Source: Gracilinanus agilis
Lineage: Eukaryota
Direction: 5' to 3'
DNA: 64,000 bases
Assembly: GCF_016433145.1 (NCBI RefSeq)
Contig: NC_058134.1
Coordinates: forward strand, 46,929,976 to 46,993,975
The translations under genes were made by a program, and so were the position numbers. This document shows positions 50,051-63,360 of the stretch, piece after piece (the first letter of the stretch is position 1; the number at the start of each line of letters is the position of its first letter). The notes beneath the pieces are model-generated. The model was given only the letters and a program-made list of their open reading frames with translations. It did not search any database and had not been told where the DNA came from.

Positions 50051-51799
50051 GAATCTCCCATGAATGCAGAAAAGAATTGTGCAATGCACTGATAAATACA
50101 AAATAAAATTAGACTGCAAAACAATTTCTAAATCTTATCCTTCCTTCAAGGTGCATATCAAGTCCCACATCCTCTAATGAAATCTTCTCTGATGATTGCA
50201 GCCCAAAAAGGGTCTCTCTGTATTCTTAGTAGACTTGTAGTCAATTCCTCACAGTTTTTCAAAACAATATAATTTGGTGATTCTTAATTGTTTCACACAT
50301 ATTGCTTTTGTCTATCTAGAATGTATGCTGCTTGAGGGCAGAAATCACATATTATATTTCTTTCTCATGGAATCTAGAACCTAGAACATTAAGAGGGCTA
50401 TGATTAAAAAGGCACTTTAAAATAGTAATGGACTGGGCTATAGGGAAGGGAGTGGAAAGGGTACTGAATTGAGAGTAAAAAAAGTCTAGTTTTGGCTCCC
50501 TTTGTGAACTTGGAAAAAATCTGGGCTGAAGCCCTTCATTTGTAAAAAGGAATTAAACTACATGATAACTAATGTCTCTTCTAGCTCAAGTATTATGTGA
50601 TTTAATGATTACTTCTTTGTGTGTATGTATATATGTGTGTACATATGCATGCTGTTAGCTTTCTTGGCTGTACTAGGGCTAGTTGTGGGTAGATCTTTTC
50701 ATCACAATAAAGTAGGGATCTTTGCAGGCATAATGAAACTAAATCCCTTCCGCATCATGGCTAAACATTCTTCTTGATTCAATGACCCTCTTTCTGCTCA
50801 CAGAGACAGACAAAAATCCCCCTAAAACATACACCTACACTTTAAAAAAAAAGACTCATTCTAACTGGTCACCTGCCAAATAGAATAAAAACATTTCAGT
50901 GTTCCCTCCCTGCTTCTTCTCATCCTCATCATGCTTAAGGATTTAAAGCTCACAGCCTATGATTGTTTGGGAGAATACATCTTTGAATCCTGTTATTCTT
51001 AAAGTATATTCCCCCCCCCAGTCCAAAGTTTCTAGCTACAGATCTTGAGATTGGAGAACAAGCTATAGCTATAATGAAGTGGCAAGATTGCATGAACTGT
51101 ATCCCTTCTTCCTTAATGTAACTTAAAGGGTCTCGGATATAAGCTCAACACCTTTCTAGTAGCCATTTTAAAGAAAGATATCTAGTTCCAATTATAAATG
51201 ACAAGATATGGTGGTTACCTTGGAAACCTTTCTGAACACAAATAGAGGCATTCTTTTGGCCTCTCTGATCCCTCACTGAGTGTATATATGGAAATCTTTT
51301 GATTCTTCCGATTGTGTCTCACTGTATCAAGGCTACATTTAGTTGAAAAAAAAATTGACAAATCACCACGAAAAGAATTTATTTATTCCTAATTGTTTGT
51401 CTCTCGGAGACACAATCAGTTCAGGAAATCTTAGAACATTAGGGTAGGAAAAAGATCTTAAAGAGAATTTGTTTCCGCCTCCTTTCAAAAGGAGGAAACT
51501 GAGGCTTGGAGGAACAAAGTGACTTGGCCAAAGTCATGCAACTAGTTGAAGTATTGATGTTTTTTTAAAAATGGTCAAGACATCAGTAACAGTATATTTT
51601 CACAGAACATGGTTTTATTATTGTGCTATGTATCAGATGTCATATTGAATTGTGCAGCAAGAAAGAATGAATACTTCTTTTGATTGTAAGGGGCAGTATG
51701 GTAAAATTCAATGATCATTGGGGTTGGAGTTAGGAAACATGGAGCTGAATTCTACTTTGAACAATTGTCATGACCCTAACTAAGTCACTTTATCTTTAA

Positions 51800-54700
51800 G
51801 TTTTTTTTTTAATTTATTTTTACCCAGTTACATGTAAAAACAATTTTTAGCATTTTTAAAAAATTTGAGTTCCAAATTCTTTCCTTCCCCTCCTTCTTCC
51901 TTGGTATGGTAAGCAATCTGAGTGGTAAGCAATCTCAATGTAGATTTTACATGTACAATCACATAGAACATTTTTCCATATTAGTTATTAACTGGAAAAG
52001 ATCTTGAACAAAAGCGAAAAAGAAAGAGAAATATAGTATGTTTTGGTCTGCATTCAGACCTCATCAGTTTTTTCTCTGGAGGCAGATGGCATTTTTCATC
52101 ATAAGTCTTTAAGACTGTCTTGGATATTACTGGGAATAGCTAGGTCATTTACAATTGTTCATCAAAAAATATTGCTTTTACTGGGTACAATGTTCTTCTG
52201 GTTCTGTTCACTTTACTTTGCACCAGTTTACATAAATCCCAGGTTTTTCTGAAATAATTGTTTGTCATTTCTTATAGCACAATAGCATTCCATTAAAATA
52301 AATTCTATTAAAAATTAAAGACCTCAATTTGTTCAGCCATTCCCCAGGTGATGGGCATCCTCTCAATTTCCAGTTCTTTACTACCACAAAAAGAGTTGCT
52401 ATAATTATTTGTTTGGACAAATAGATTCTTTTCCTTTTTCCCTGATCACCTTAGGAAATAAACCTAATAGTGGTATTGCTGGGTCAAAAGATATACACAG
52501 TTTTATTACTCTTTGAGCATAATTCTATGCTCTCAAAAATAATTGGATCAGTTCGCAATTCCATTAACAGTGTATTAATGTCCCCATTTTCCCATCCCCC
52601 TCCAACTTTGTCATTTTGCCCTTTATTTATTTTAGCCAATTTGATAGTTGAGAGATGATATCTCAAAATAATTTTGATTTACATTTCTATAATCAGTAGT
52701 GATTTAAAGCATTTTTTCATATGCCTATATATGACTTTGATTTCTTCATCCAAAAACTATCTGTTCATATCTTTTGACCATTTATCATTTGTGGAATGAC
52801 TCCTGTTTTTATAAATTTCACAGAGTACTCTATACATGTTGGATATGAGACCTCTATTTATGAAACTGTCTTTAAATATCCCCCAATTTTGTGTTTTCCT
52901 TTGGTTTGACTATATTAGTATTATTTTTACAAAATCTTTTAATTTAATGTATTCAAAATTACTAATTTTATATTTCACAATGCTTTCTGTCTTGTTTATT
53001 CATAATTTTTCTCCTATCTATAAATCTGGTAGTTAAGTTCTTGCCTATTTAAAAAATGTGTTTATGATATCTCTCTTTATGCCTAAGTCATGTATCTATT
53101 TTGATCTTATCTTGGTATATAGATGTTGTTCTATATCTAGTTTCTGCCAGATTGCTTTCTAGTTTTCCCATCAATTTTTGCTAAATAGTGAATTCTTATC
53201 CCGAAAGCTTGGATCTTTGTTTTTGTCAAGTACAAGGTTACTATAAACTTTTACAACTGTTTGTGAATCAAGATGGCAGAAGAGATCTCTAAAATTACCC
53301 TCCAAGAAACTATAATCTGATGCCTCAAAACAAAATTTAGAGCAGCATAACTCGCAAAAAATATGGACTGGAATAATTTTTCAGTCCCACACAGCTTAGA
53401 AGGCCTACATGAAAGATCTATTGCATCAGGGTGGAAATGGAGCTCAAAGCAGCATGCCAAGGCAGGCCTCATCACAGCACCAAGTGTTGGGTTCATCTGA
53501 ATCAGCAGCAAAGACTTCCTGATGTCTCAGCCACAGATGGTAAGGTGGGAGGTTGCAGGGGGGATTGGATAACAGCTCATAAGGAGATTTCAGGGGTCTC
53601 TGTGCTGGCTCTGAGTGAAAGACTCTTGTCATACTGCCTACATGCAAATCCAAGTCTCAGTCCTGGGTTGAGATCTTGGAGTGAAGAGCATTAGCTCACA
53701 CCTACACTCACAGCCATGGGAGAGCAGGTGACTCTGGTCACAGGTCTAAGGCAGAAAGGGTTGCTTGTGGTTGCTCACAGACTGGAGCACAGGTTGGGAG
53801 AGTACACTCTCCTTAGATCATACTACCTTGGAAAAACTGAAAACTTATACATTCTTTTATCCTCTACATAACAATTCCCAGAGCTAGTTCTGAAAGAAGT
53901 TGAATAAAGAACCTGAAGTTTGGAATAGTGTTCCCTTCATCATAGAAACAAAGTCAAACTTTAATAGTTTTTTTAAGTAAAAAAGGCTTGAAAATGAACA
54001 ACAACAACAAGAAAGAAACTCAACATAGAAAGTTATTTTGGTGACATGGGAAAAATCAAACTCAGAAGAAGACAAAAAAAAGTCCATACTGCTGCATCCA
54101 AAGCCTTCAAGAAAATTAGGAATTGCTGTCAAGCCCCAAAAGAATTAATGGAGGAACTCAAAAAGAATTTTAAAAATCAAATTAAGACAAGTAAAAGAAA
54201 AATTGGGAAAAGAAATGAGAGTGATATAGGAAAATCATAAAAAAGAGAGCTTGATAAAGGAGGCAGAAAATTCCTCTGAAGAAAACTCCTTAAAAAAGCA
54301 GAATTGGCCGAATGTAAAAAAAAGATACACAAAAATGCATTGGAGAGAACTTTTTAAAAGGCAGAATTGTCCATATGGGGAAAGAGGTACAAAAATTCAA
54401 TAAGGAAAAGAACTCTTTACAAAATAGAATTGGCCAAATGGAAAAGAAGATACAAAAAGCTCATTGGAGAAAATAATGCTTTAAATATTATAACTAGGCA
54501 AGAAGAAGCTAATTACTTAATGAGATATAAAGAAATAATCAAACAAAGTCAAAAGAATGAAAAAAATGGGAGAAGATGTGAAATATCTCATTGTAAAAAC
54601 AAATGACCTGGAAAATAAATACAGGAGAGATAATCTAAAAATTATTAAATTACCTGAAGGTCATGATAAAAGAAAAGCTTAGATATCTTCTTTTAAGCAT

Positions 54701-57500
54701 TTATCAAGGAAAACTGTCCCGATATTCTAGAATTTAGAGGACAAAATAGAAATTGAAAGAATCTATCAATCACCTCCTAAAAGAGATCCCAAAAGGATAA
54801 CTTCCAGAAATATTGTAGCCAAGTTCCAGAACTCCTAATTCAAGGAGAAAACAATTTAGATATTGTGGAGCCACTGTCAGGATAACATAAGATTTAGTAA
54901 CTTCTACATTAAAGAATCAGGAGGTCTGAAATATGATATTCCAAAGGGCAAAGGAGCTAGAACTTTAACCAAGAATCTTTTACTCACCAAAACTGAGCAT
55001 AATCCTTCGGGGGGTGGGGGTTGGGAATGGTATACAATGAAATAGAAGACTTTCAAATATTCCTAATGAAAATACAAGAGCTGAATGGAAAATCTGACTC
55101 TCAAATACAAGACACAAGAGAAGCATAAGAAAGTAAAAAGGAAAGAGAAATTAAAAGACATTCAATAAGATTAATTGTTTATAACCCTAAATGGGAAGAT
55201 GATTCATGTAAAGCCTCAGAACTTTATCGTTATTGGAACAGTTAGAACAGAGTTGAATAGGTGTGAATTGAATATGATGGGATGATCTCTAAAAAAATTA
55301 AGAGGTAAGATAGGGAATGAATTGAGAGAAATAGGAAGGGAGAACCAGAACACAATAAATTATCTTACATAAAAGAGTTATGAAAGAGCTTTAACAGTGG
55401 AGGGGAAGATGGAGTAGGTTGGGACAGGAGCAAGTAAACCTTACTTTCATCAGAATTGGCTCAAAAAGGGAAGATCATATACAATCAATTGGGTATAGAA
55501 ATCTATCTTATCCTACAGGAAAGTAGGAAGGGAATAGGATAAGGCAGTGGGGGTGGCAGATAGGAAAGAGGATGAATGGGAGTTTGTGGTCAGAAGCTAA
55601 ATACTTTTGAGGATGGGCAGAATGAAAAAGAGAGAAAAGGACAAGTGAGGTGGGGAAATAAGATGTAGTATAAAACACAGTGATCATAATGGTGAAAAAA
55701 TTTTACAATAATAATAAAAGCCTAGTTTCTCAAATATATAGAGAAATGAGTCAAATGTAAGAAAATATAAGTATTCTTCAATTGATTAATGGTCAAAGGA
55801 CATGAACAGGCAGTTCTGAGACAAAGTAATCAATGCTCTTTATAGCAAAAAATACTCTAAGTCACTATTAATTAGAGAAATGCAAATTAAAACAACATTA
55901 CATCCCTCATCTATCAGAATGGTTGTTATGAAAGAAAGGGAAAATGAAGAAATAAGGAGGGGATATGGGAAAATTAAAACACAAATGCACTGTTGTAGGA
56001 GTTGTGAAATCATTCTGGAGAGCAATTTGGACTATGCCCAAAGGGTTATAAAACAACATATACCCTTCTACCCAGCAATACTATTACTAGCTTGGTATTC
56101 CAAAGATATAGAAAACAGAAAGAGGAAGGACCTATATATTAAAAAATATATTTAAAGCAGCTCTTTTCCTGGGGGCAAAGAATTGGAAAGTGAAGATATA
56201 ACCATCAATTGGGAAGTGGCTGAGTAAGTTGTAGTATATGGTTGTACTGGAATAGTATTGTGCAATGAGGAATGATAATCAGAAAGTGTTCAGAAAAAGC
56301 TGGAAAGACACAAACTGAAGCAGAGTGAAGTAAGCAGAACTAGAACATTGTACACAGCAATACTGCACAGTGAACAACTGTGAATAACTTAGCTATTTTC
56401 AGTAAATCAGAGATCTAAAACAATCCCAAAGGACTTAGGATAAAAAAAATACCATCTGCTTCCAGAAAAAGAACTGATGGAGTCTGAATACAGAGCAAAA
56501 CAAACTTTTTTCACTTTCTTAAAAATTTTTGTTCACCTTTCATTTCGCAAAAGGATTAATATGGAAAAATATCTTGCATGATTGCACATGTAAAATAGAT
56601 TGCTTGTCATCTCAGTGCAATATGGGAAAGGGGGAGACATGAGAGAGGGAGAGAATTTCGTACTCAAAATTCTTTTTAAAAATTTGGAAACAATTTTTAT
56701 ATGTAATTGAGGAAAAATAAAATAAAAAATTAAACAACTATTTGTTGCATGTCTGTTCTGTTCTTTTGATCTACTTTTCTAATTCTTAGCCAGTACCAGA
56801 TAGTTTTGATAATTACTGATTATTCAGAATGCTACTTAAAATCTGTTGCTGCTTGATCTCTTTCTTTTATATTTTTCCATTACTTCCTTTTATATTCTTG
56901 ACCTTTTGTTCTTCCAAATGAATTTTATTATTTTTTTCTAGTTCATTACATATTTTTTTGTATCTTAATTGGAATGGCATTGAACAAGTAGATTATTTTA
57001 TGGGTAGGCATTTTCCATTTTAATTATACTGGATCTGCCCACCCATGAACAATTAATACTTCTTCCATTGTTAAAGCTGACATTATTTGCGTAAAAAGTG
57101 TTTTATAATTATGTTCATACAGTTCTTGGATTTGTTTTGCAGGTATATGTCTAGGTATTTTATTCTATCTTTGGTTATTTTAAATGGTATTATCTCACTA
57201 TACTATATCTTCAGGTCTTTGTTGGTGATATTTAGAAATGCTGATGATTTATGTGAGTTTATTTTGTATCTTGTTCTTTGCTAAAATTTTTGATAGTTTC
57301 AACTAAGTCTTAGTTGAATTCTCTAGGATTTATTATATACCATCGTATGGTCTTCAAGAAGAGATAGTTTTATTACCTTTTTGTTCATTCGGAATCCTTT
57401 AATTTCTTTTTCTTCTCTTATTGCTATTGTTAGCATTTCTAATATGTTTAATAATTTCTAATGAAATAATATTGATGATAATCATCATTTCACTTCTGTG
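51800..57500 (-). mobile_element. Older antisense L1 (3' UTR and ORF2 part) split by the 53265-56733 insertion
   Basis: T-rich tail at about 51800. Antisense ORF2 sequence is contiguous across the nested element (…TTAGCCAGTACCAGATAGTTTTG…). Confidence 0.75.
53265..56733 (+). mobile_element. HAL1-like / internally deleted L1 (5' UTR, decayed ORF1, spacer, ORF2 C-terminus, 3' UTR)
   Basis: Starts GAATCAAGATGGC; ORF1-like remnant (DLENKYRRDNLKII.LPE) at about 54600-54670. Near 55695 the sequence jumps from the ORF2 start to the ORF2 C-terminal region. A-rich tail; TSD ACAACT(G/A)TTTGT at 53253-53264 and 56734-56745. Confidence 0.8.
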
Positions 57501-57749
57501 GCCTATTTTTTAATTGTTAACTTTATGCTGATGTTGGGCTCTCCTCTGTGTGTGTGTGTAAATAATATCTCAGGTTAAGTTTTTTTAATTGTTGTTATTA
57601 TTTTCTGAACTTTCTAGGGGGTCTTTGGCTTCTTGGTTCTTCTGATTTCTATATTAAAGGGTCCTCAGCATGGCTGCCAACTTAAATGCTCTTACTCTTT
57701 GTGGTTTCTCCAGAGACTACAAATGTTATCCTCTTCTTCTCTCTTTCTC

Positions 57750-57935
57750 TTTTTAAACCTTTACCTTCCATCTTAGAATCAATACTATGTATTAGTTCCA
57801 AGGCAGAAGAGTAGTAAAGGCTAGACAATGGGGTTAAGTGACTTACCCAGGGTCACACAGCTAGGAAGCCTCTGAGGTCATATTTGAACCCAGGGCTAGG
57901 CCTGGCTCTCAATTCACTGAGTCTCTTAGCTGTGT
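57750..57935 (-). mobile_element. SINE1_Mdo-type SINE
   Basis: TTTAAACCTTTACCTTCCATCTTAGAATC tail and CORE. Confidence 0.8.
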
Positions 57936-59869
57936 CCTCTTCTATCTTTTAACTACAACCAGGAACTCTGTCCTCTCAGGGTCCCTGCCTCCCTTCAGCT
58001 GCACTCACTTGCGTGTTTTCTCTTCTCCTCTCCTACAGCCACAGCTTGAGATAGTGTCTAATCAGGCTTCTCCTGGTCAGCTGCCCAAACCCCAAACAGT
58101 CAGTTGGGTCAAGGATTCCGAACAGAGGCTACAGCCTATACAGCTGCCTCCAGCCTCTGCCATCTGTTGATCTGATTCTCAGACTTCCCAGCTTCTTCTC
58201 AAATTGTCCTATAATGTAGCTCATTTTAGTGATGAGGAATGGAGGCAAATAAGGTTAAGTGACTTGCCCACAGTCATACAACTAGAAAGTGTCTGAGACC
58301 AGATTTGAACTCAGAAAAGTGAGTCTTCTTGACTCCAGGCATTCTATCCACTGCTAGCTGCCCTTGGTACATTTGGGGGAAACATAATTTAAACCATAGT
58401 ATAACTGAATACATGGAGAACTCAGGTTAATATTTGAATCTGCTACTTTCTTCCTATGACTGTGTGCAAGATATTCTCTTCTTTAAATCTCCGTTGCTTC
58501 ATCTGAAGTTAGACTAAATAATCTCTCCAGTCTATTCTGCCCCAAATCCTGTGATTTTATATAATACTACACAAAGTCACATTGCTATTAAGTATCTGAA
58601 GTCAAATTTGAACTCAGGTCTCCCTGACTCCATCCACTGAACAAATCTAGCTGCCTTAGATACCCTGTTTACTTTCCTTTTATTTTTCCCCCCTCTAGGT
58701 AGAGGACAACAAATTATTTCTTCTTCTACAAAAGAAATGCTAAAACACAAAAGATTCATAAGTGCACATTAACGGTAATCAAATCATGTTGATGATTCAA
58801 ACCAATAAATATGTTCTGAGTACATAATTACCTTGACATAATGAGGAAATGAAAGGAAAAGAACCTGTGGATAATTTGCCCTAGGATGGTTCCTCCCAAC
58901 CGCTAGATTTTAATGTATTTCAGAAAGATATGAAAAATAGCTAATGAATTCTTTCCAGGGGCTTCTGAATACCAGCTAGGAGAGGCATTGAGTTTAGAGC
59001 CAGAAACCCTGCTTCAATTTAATTCAACACACATTTATTACACACCTTCTATGTGCAGGGTGTTGTGCTCATTGTAGGAGATACAGAGGCAAAAATGAAA
59101 ACAAAACAAAACAAAGCAAAAAAAAACCCCAAAACAAAAAAACCCTCTTTCCTCTGAAAGCTCAGGTGCGACTAGATGACAACCCTGACTGTTTCTTGAG
59201 ATTTCAGACGAGTCACTTCCTCTCTGTTTATTTCAGTTTCCCCATTTGTAAAATGAGGCCATTAGGATCTCCAAATTCCCTTCCAGATTTAATTCCTACA
59301 ATCTTAGCATAAGGAGCTGAAACTGTACTGCTGAAACTAATGAAGTGTTAACAGCAGATGGAAAGAGATGGTATAAAAGCCTGTTATGCTCCCTTCAGAG
59401 AGCCACGGCAGGAATTTGCTAATTGACAAAGGGAGGGCTATAGGAAGGCAGTAGCTGTACCTAATACATCTGTCATACTTCCCTTTCCACCCTGGGCTCC
59501 CTTGTTAATTTTTATAATTTGCACTTAGCAGTGCGATTCCTTTTAAAGGCTTAAAGGACTTCCTGGCTCTTTCATTCATTTTCATGACAAGCCCTTTGGG
59601 AATTGAGCTATGTATACCCCAAAACAGCTAGCATCATAGAGTACTCTGAGGTCTGTAAAGTGCTTTACGTATTAGCTCATATGACTTTGGCAACTACCCT
59701 GAGAAGTAGGTGATAATAGTACTCCCCATTTTACAGGTGAGGAAGCTGAGGCTAAGACTGGGAGACCTCAAGTGATTTTTCCATGGTGTCAGAGGCAGAA
59801 TTTCAAGTCATCTTCATGACTTCAAGTTCAGCATTCTCTCTGCCGTACCACCTGGGTACCCCGTATTTT

Positions 59870-60110
59870 GTTGTTATTTAGTCGTTCAGTTGTCTCTGAC
59901 CGTGGCCTGATGGACCATACTGTCCAGGCATTTTCTAGGCAAAGATACTGGACTGGTTTGCCATCTCCTTCTCCAATGGATTAAGGCGAACAGAGATTAA
60001 GTGACTTGTCCATGGTCACATCGTTATTTAGTGTCTGAAGCTGAATTTGGACTCAGGTTTTCCTGATTCCAGACCCAGTGTTTTATACACTGAGCAATGG
60101 AGCTATTTCA
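59870..60110 (-). mobile_element. MAR1-type SINE
   Basis: GCAAAGATACTGGACTGGTTTGCCATCTCCTTCTCCA and CORE. Confidence 0.75.
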
Positions 60111-60228
60111 GATACTCTGTATACTTGCCTTTTATTTGTCCCCCCCTAGAGGTAGCACTAATTATTTCTTCTTCCACAAAAAAAAGCAAAAACACAAAAG
60201 ATTCATAACTGCACATTAATCTTTAAAT

Positions 60229-60404
60229 TAGTGGTTCCCAAACTTTTTTGGACTACCATCCCCTTTCCAGAAAAAATATGACTTAGCACCCCCTGTCACA
60301 TACTATCACAGCCCCACCCCCAAATGCACCTGTGGCCATCATCGCTTCCCTGGATGGCTGTAGCACCCACCAGGGGGCGGTGGCGCCCACTTTGGGAATC
60401 ACTG
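60229..60404. mobile_element. hAT (Charlie-type) MITE, 176 bp
   Basis: TIR TAGTGGTTCCCAAA / TTTGGGAATCACTG (12/14 match); 8-bp TSD CTTTAAAT/CTTTAAAA. Confidence 0.85.
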
Positions 60405-63139
60405 CTTTAAAAGCTGAAACAACAATCCATCACTAATTTTACTCTCTTAGGAGCCAAAGACAGCTTTTTAGGACTATTCCACAGGCACTGCTCAGTCACT
60501 TCTGATCCGTACTGTCTGAGCAATCCACAAGCCCAGATCTCCTGGCAATCCAGCTTATGGCTCCATCTTTCTTAGTCTTTTCCATTGCAGTGTCTCCCCT
60601 CTGAAGATCCATTTCCAATATATAAGGACAACTCTTGCTAAAATCCTAAAATGTAGGAACTGGGCATTTTGTGTTAGGGAAATTATCGCACAGTGAATAA
60701 ATACTTATTTCTGTATTCCTTTTCAGCTTTTGTGGATTTTCTCTCCATATTTTTCATTTGCTTCCATATAAAATGCTGTTACCAAGAACTCCATCTTTCT
60801 ATTGATCCCTGCTTTGCTAACGCTACCTCCTAATTTTTGATGGTGTCTCTCCGCCTTCTCTCTTTCTATCTTCCTCAGTTCCACTGACAAGGCTCTTGGC
60901 ATCTTGGTTCACTGCCTTGGCAGAGCATCTGTCTCTCTTTCTCACACCTCTCCCCATCCTTTCTCCCTTTCCCCCAAACACTGAAATTGGGCCACGGTCT
61001 ATATGGCAGCCCAGCTGCTATCACTCAGCTGCTCTCCAATGCAGGGCAGATCATTTAACTATTAAAATGATGACAGAAGTAACTTGTCTGTCTTCAATAG
61101 GAAACATGCTTCTTTGCTGGAATATTACATAAAATCACCTGCCCACATCACAGATTATGGGGAAAGGGGACATCTCAATCACTCACATTTTGTTAAGAAA
61201 TCATCCTAACGGCACTGTCAGTAGTCAGGATATGAGGGTTTTAATTTTTCTGGGAATGAGTTGAGGCAGGTGGATAAAATGCCTTCTTTTGTTTTAGTCT
61301 TAAAGGATGCCTGTAGTTATTTTTTTTGTATTTGCCTTGAATGTACTTGGCATTTACTTATGGAGGTAGCATCTCCCAGGAGCATATGAGCTTTGGAGAG
61401 TATGGAATGCTTTGTTTCAGACCCACACCACTGGAAATGTGAACTCTACCCCCAGCTTCCCTTCTCCCCCACCTTGGTCAGCCTTCTGCCTCATTTTGTG
61501 TGAAACCAGACATCATTTCATGGTGTTTGCTCCAATCTCTTGGCCATGCCCTTTCTTGGTTGCACTCATCTCCTTTCCAGCACCTCTTTATTTATTGCCT
61601 TTCCCAGGAAGAATGCAAGCCCCATTGAGGGTAATGAATATCTTGCTTGTTCTTTGTCCCCAGTTCTTAGTTCAATATCATAATATGCACTCAATACATT
61701 TTCTGTCTGTCTCTCCGTGTCTCTGTCTCTCTTTTGTCCAAACTATCAAAGTTTTTTTACCACAAAAAATAAATATTTAGTTTCAAATGTTTAGAATATT
61801 TAGAAAATTCAAATCAAAAGTGAATTTTAGAGAGATTTTTTTAAACTAAGATAACTGGGAATACAGTTTTAGTAACATTTTTCTAGATTTTTCACATCAA
61901 CAAATTACTCTTGAAAGTATAGTTAAATTTTAATTACAGCCAGCTGTCCTCAGGATTCATGCTTTCTCACAACTCTGGGCTAATTTCCCCAGGTTGCTTC
62001 ACCTATCCTGGGTCTCCTCCTTCATTGTAAATGGTACCTCCAACACACTCCCATTACTATGGAAAGAATAATGATAGTTAACTTTTACATAGATCTTTTA
62101 AGGTTTGCAAAACTGAAATGTTTTCCAATGGTACAATATTAACTCATTTTACCTTTGCAACAATACTAGGAGGTAGATGCTATTATTATTCCCATTTTAT
62201 AGATGTGAAAGGGGAGGCAGACCAAGGTTGAAACATGTCAAGAACTATACAGCTAGAATATGTCTGAGGCCAGATTTGAACTCAAGTCTTCATGATTCCC
62301 ATTCTAGCATACTATGCCTCTGCAAAGTATGAAGCAAGCATCTTCTATGGAATGACATACTATTTTTCAGATACATTTAAGATGCTGTTCTGGTTAATAA
62401 AATATTGATCCATTTGAAAATGTAGCTATAGATAGAATTATAATATATAATACATATTATATGTAATATAAATATAAGCTGATAGAAGGTCAGCTCCTTG
62501 AAGGCAAGGACAGTTTTTCTTTGTCTTTGTATCCCTCAATACCTAGTGTGGATCAAACAACTGTAGCTTTTCCCTGATCAATGGATGCTAGTAATACAAC
62601 TCTTACCATATGGGCGTCCCTGAAATATTTTTATGTTAAGGAAGGGTCTTTATGTTGGAAAAAGTGGGGAGCCCCTATCTAAAGCCTTTCATCCTTATTT
62701 CTTTTAACGACTCAGGCAGATACCACATCTCAATATATTTTCTATATTAATGTATTTTATGGTTGACTGTTCATTGTCTAGCCTAGTTTTAGGAATGAAT
62801 AGGTTGGCGACTCTGAATTTGAATCAATTAAAGAGGCTTCAGGTATTTTAAATGGACTTTAAAGCTTTCCAACCCCAGGGAAAGCTCTTCAAAAGACATT
62901 TCCATTTACCTGCACGATGTTAGAATTATTACTCAATTGCCAAGGCTGAGGGCTCATTCAACTAAATGTTCTGTAAAATGCAAATTTTGCACAGGGCAGA
63001 CTTCTCCTGAGAGAAAATAGAGAGGCTATCATGCGAGGAGATGTTTTAAAATGAGCACATCAAATGTCTCCTGGACTCAAAATGTTTCAGGGTGAGTTTC
63101 AGCAAATACAGCACCCTTGCAGGTAGACACAGTGTCATT

Positions 63140-63360
63140 ACTGTTTGGCCAGGTGGCAGGGGAGAGAGAGTGCTGGATCTGAAGTTAGGAAGACTTGATC
63201 TCAAATCCTGCCTCAGACGCTTCAGAGCTGTGTTGCCCTGGGAAAGTCACTTAACCCCTCTCAGGCTCTGTTTCCTCATCTATAAAGTGGGAATAATAAC
63301 AGCACTTACCCCAGAGGGATGTTGGGAAGAGGAAATGAGGTCCTCATATATATAAAATAT
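63140..63360 (+). mobile_element. MIR-type SINE
   Basis: AAGTCACTTAACCCCTCTCAGGCTCTGTTTCCTCATCTATAAAGTGGG core. Confidence 0.75.

Noticed and set aside
54046-56155. Lys-rich ORFs of 60-91 aa
   Set aside because: Frameshifted remnants of L1/HAL1 ORF1 and the ORF2 C-terminus, not host genes.
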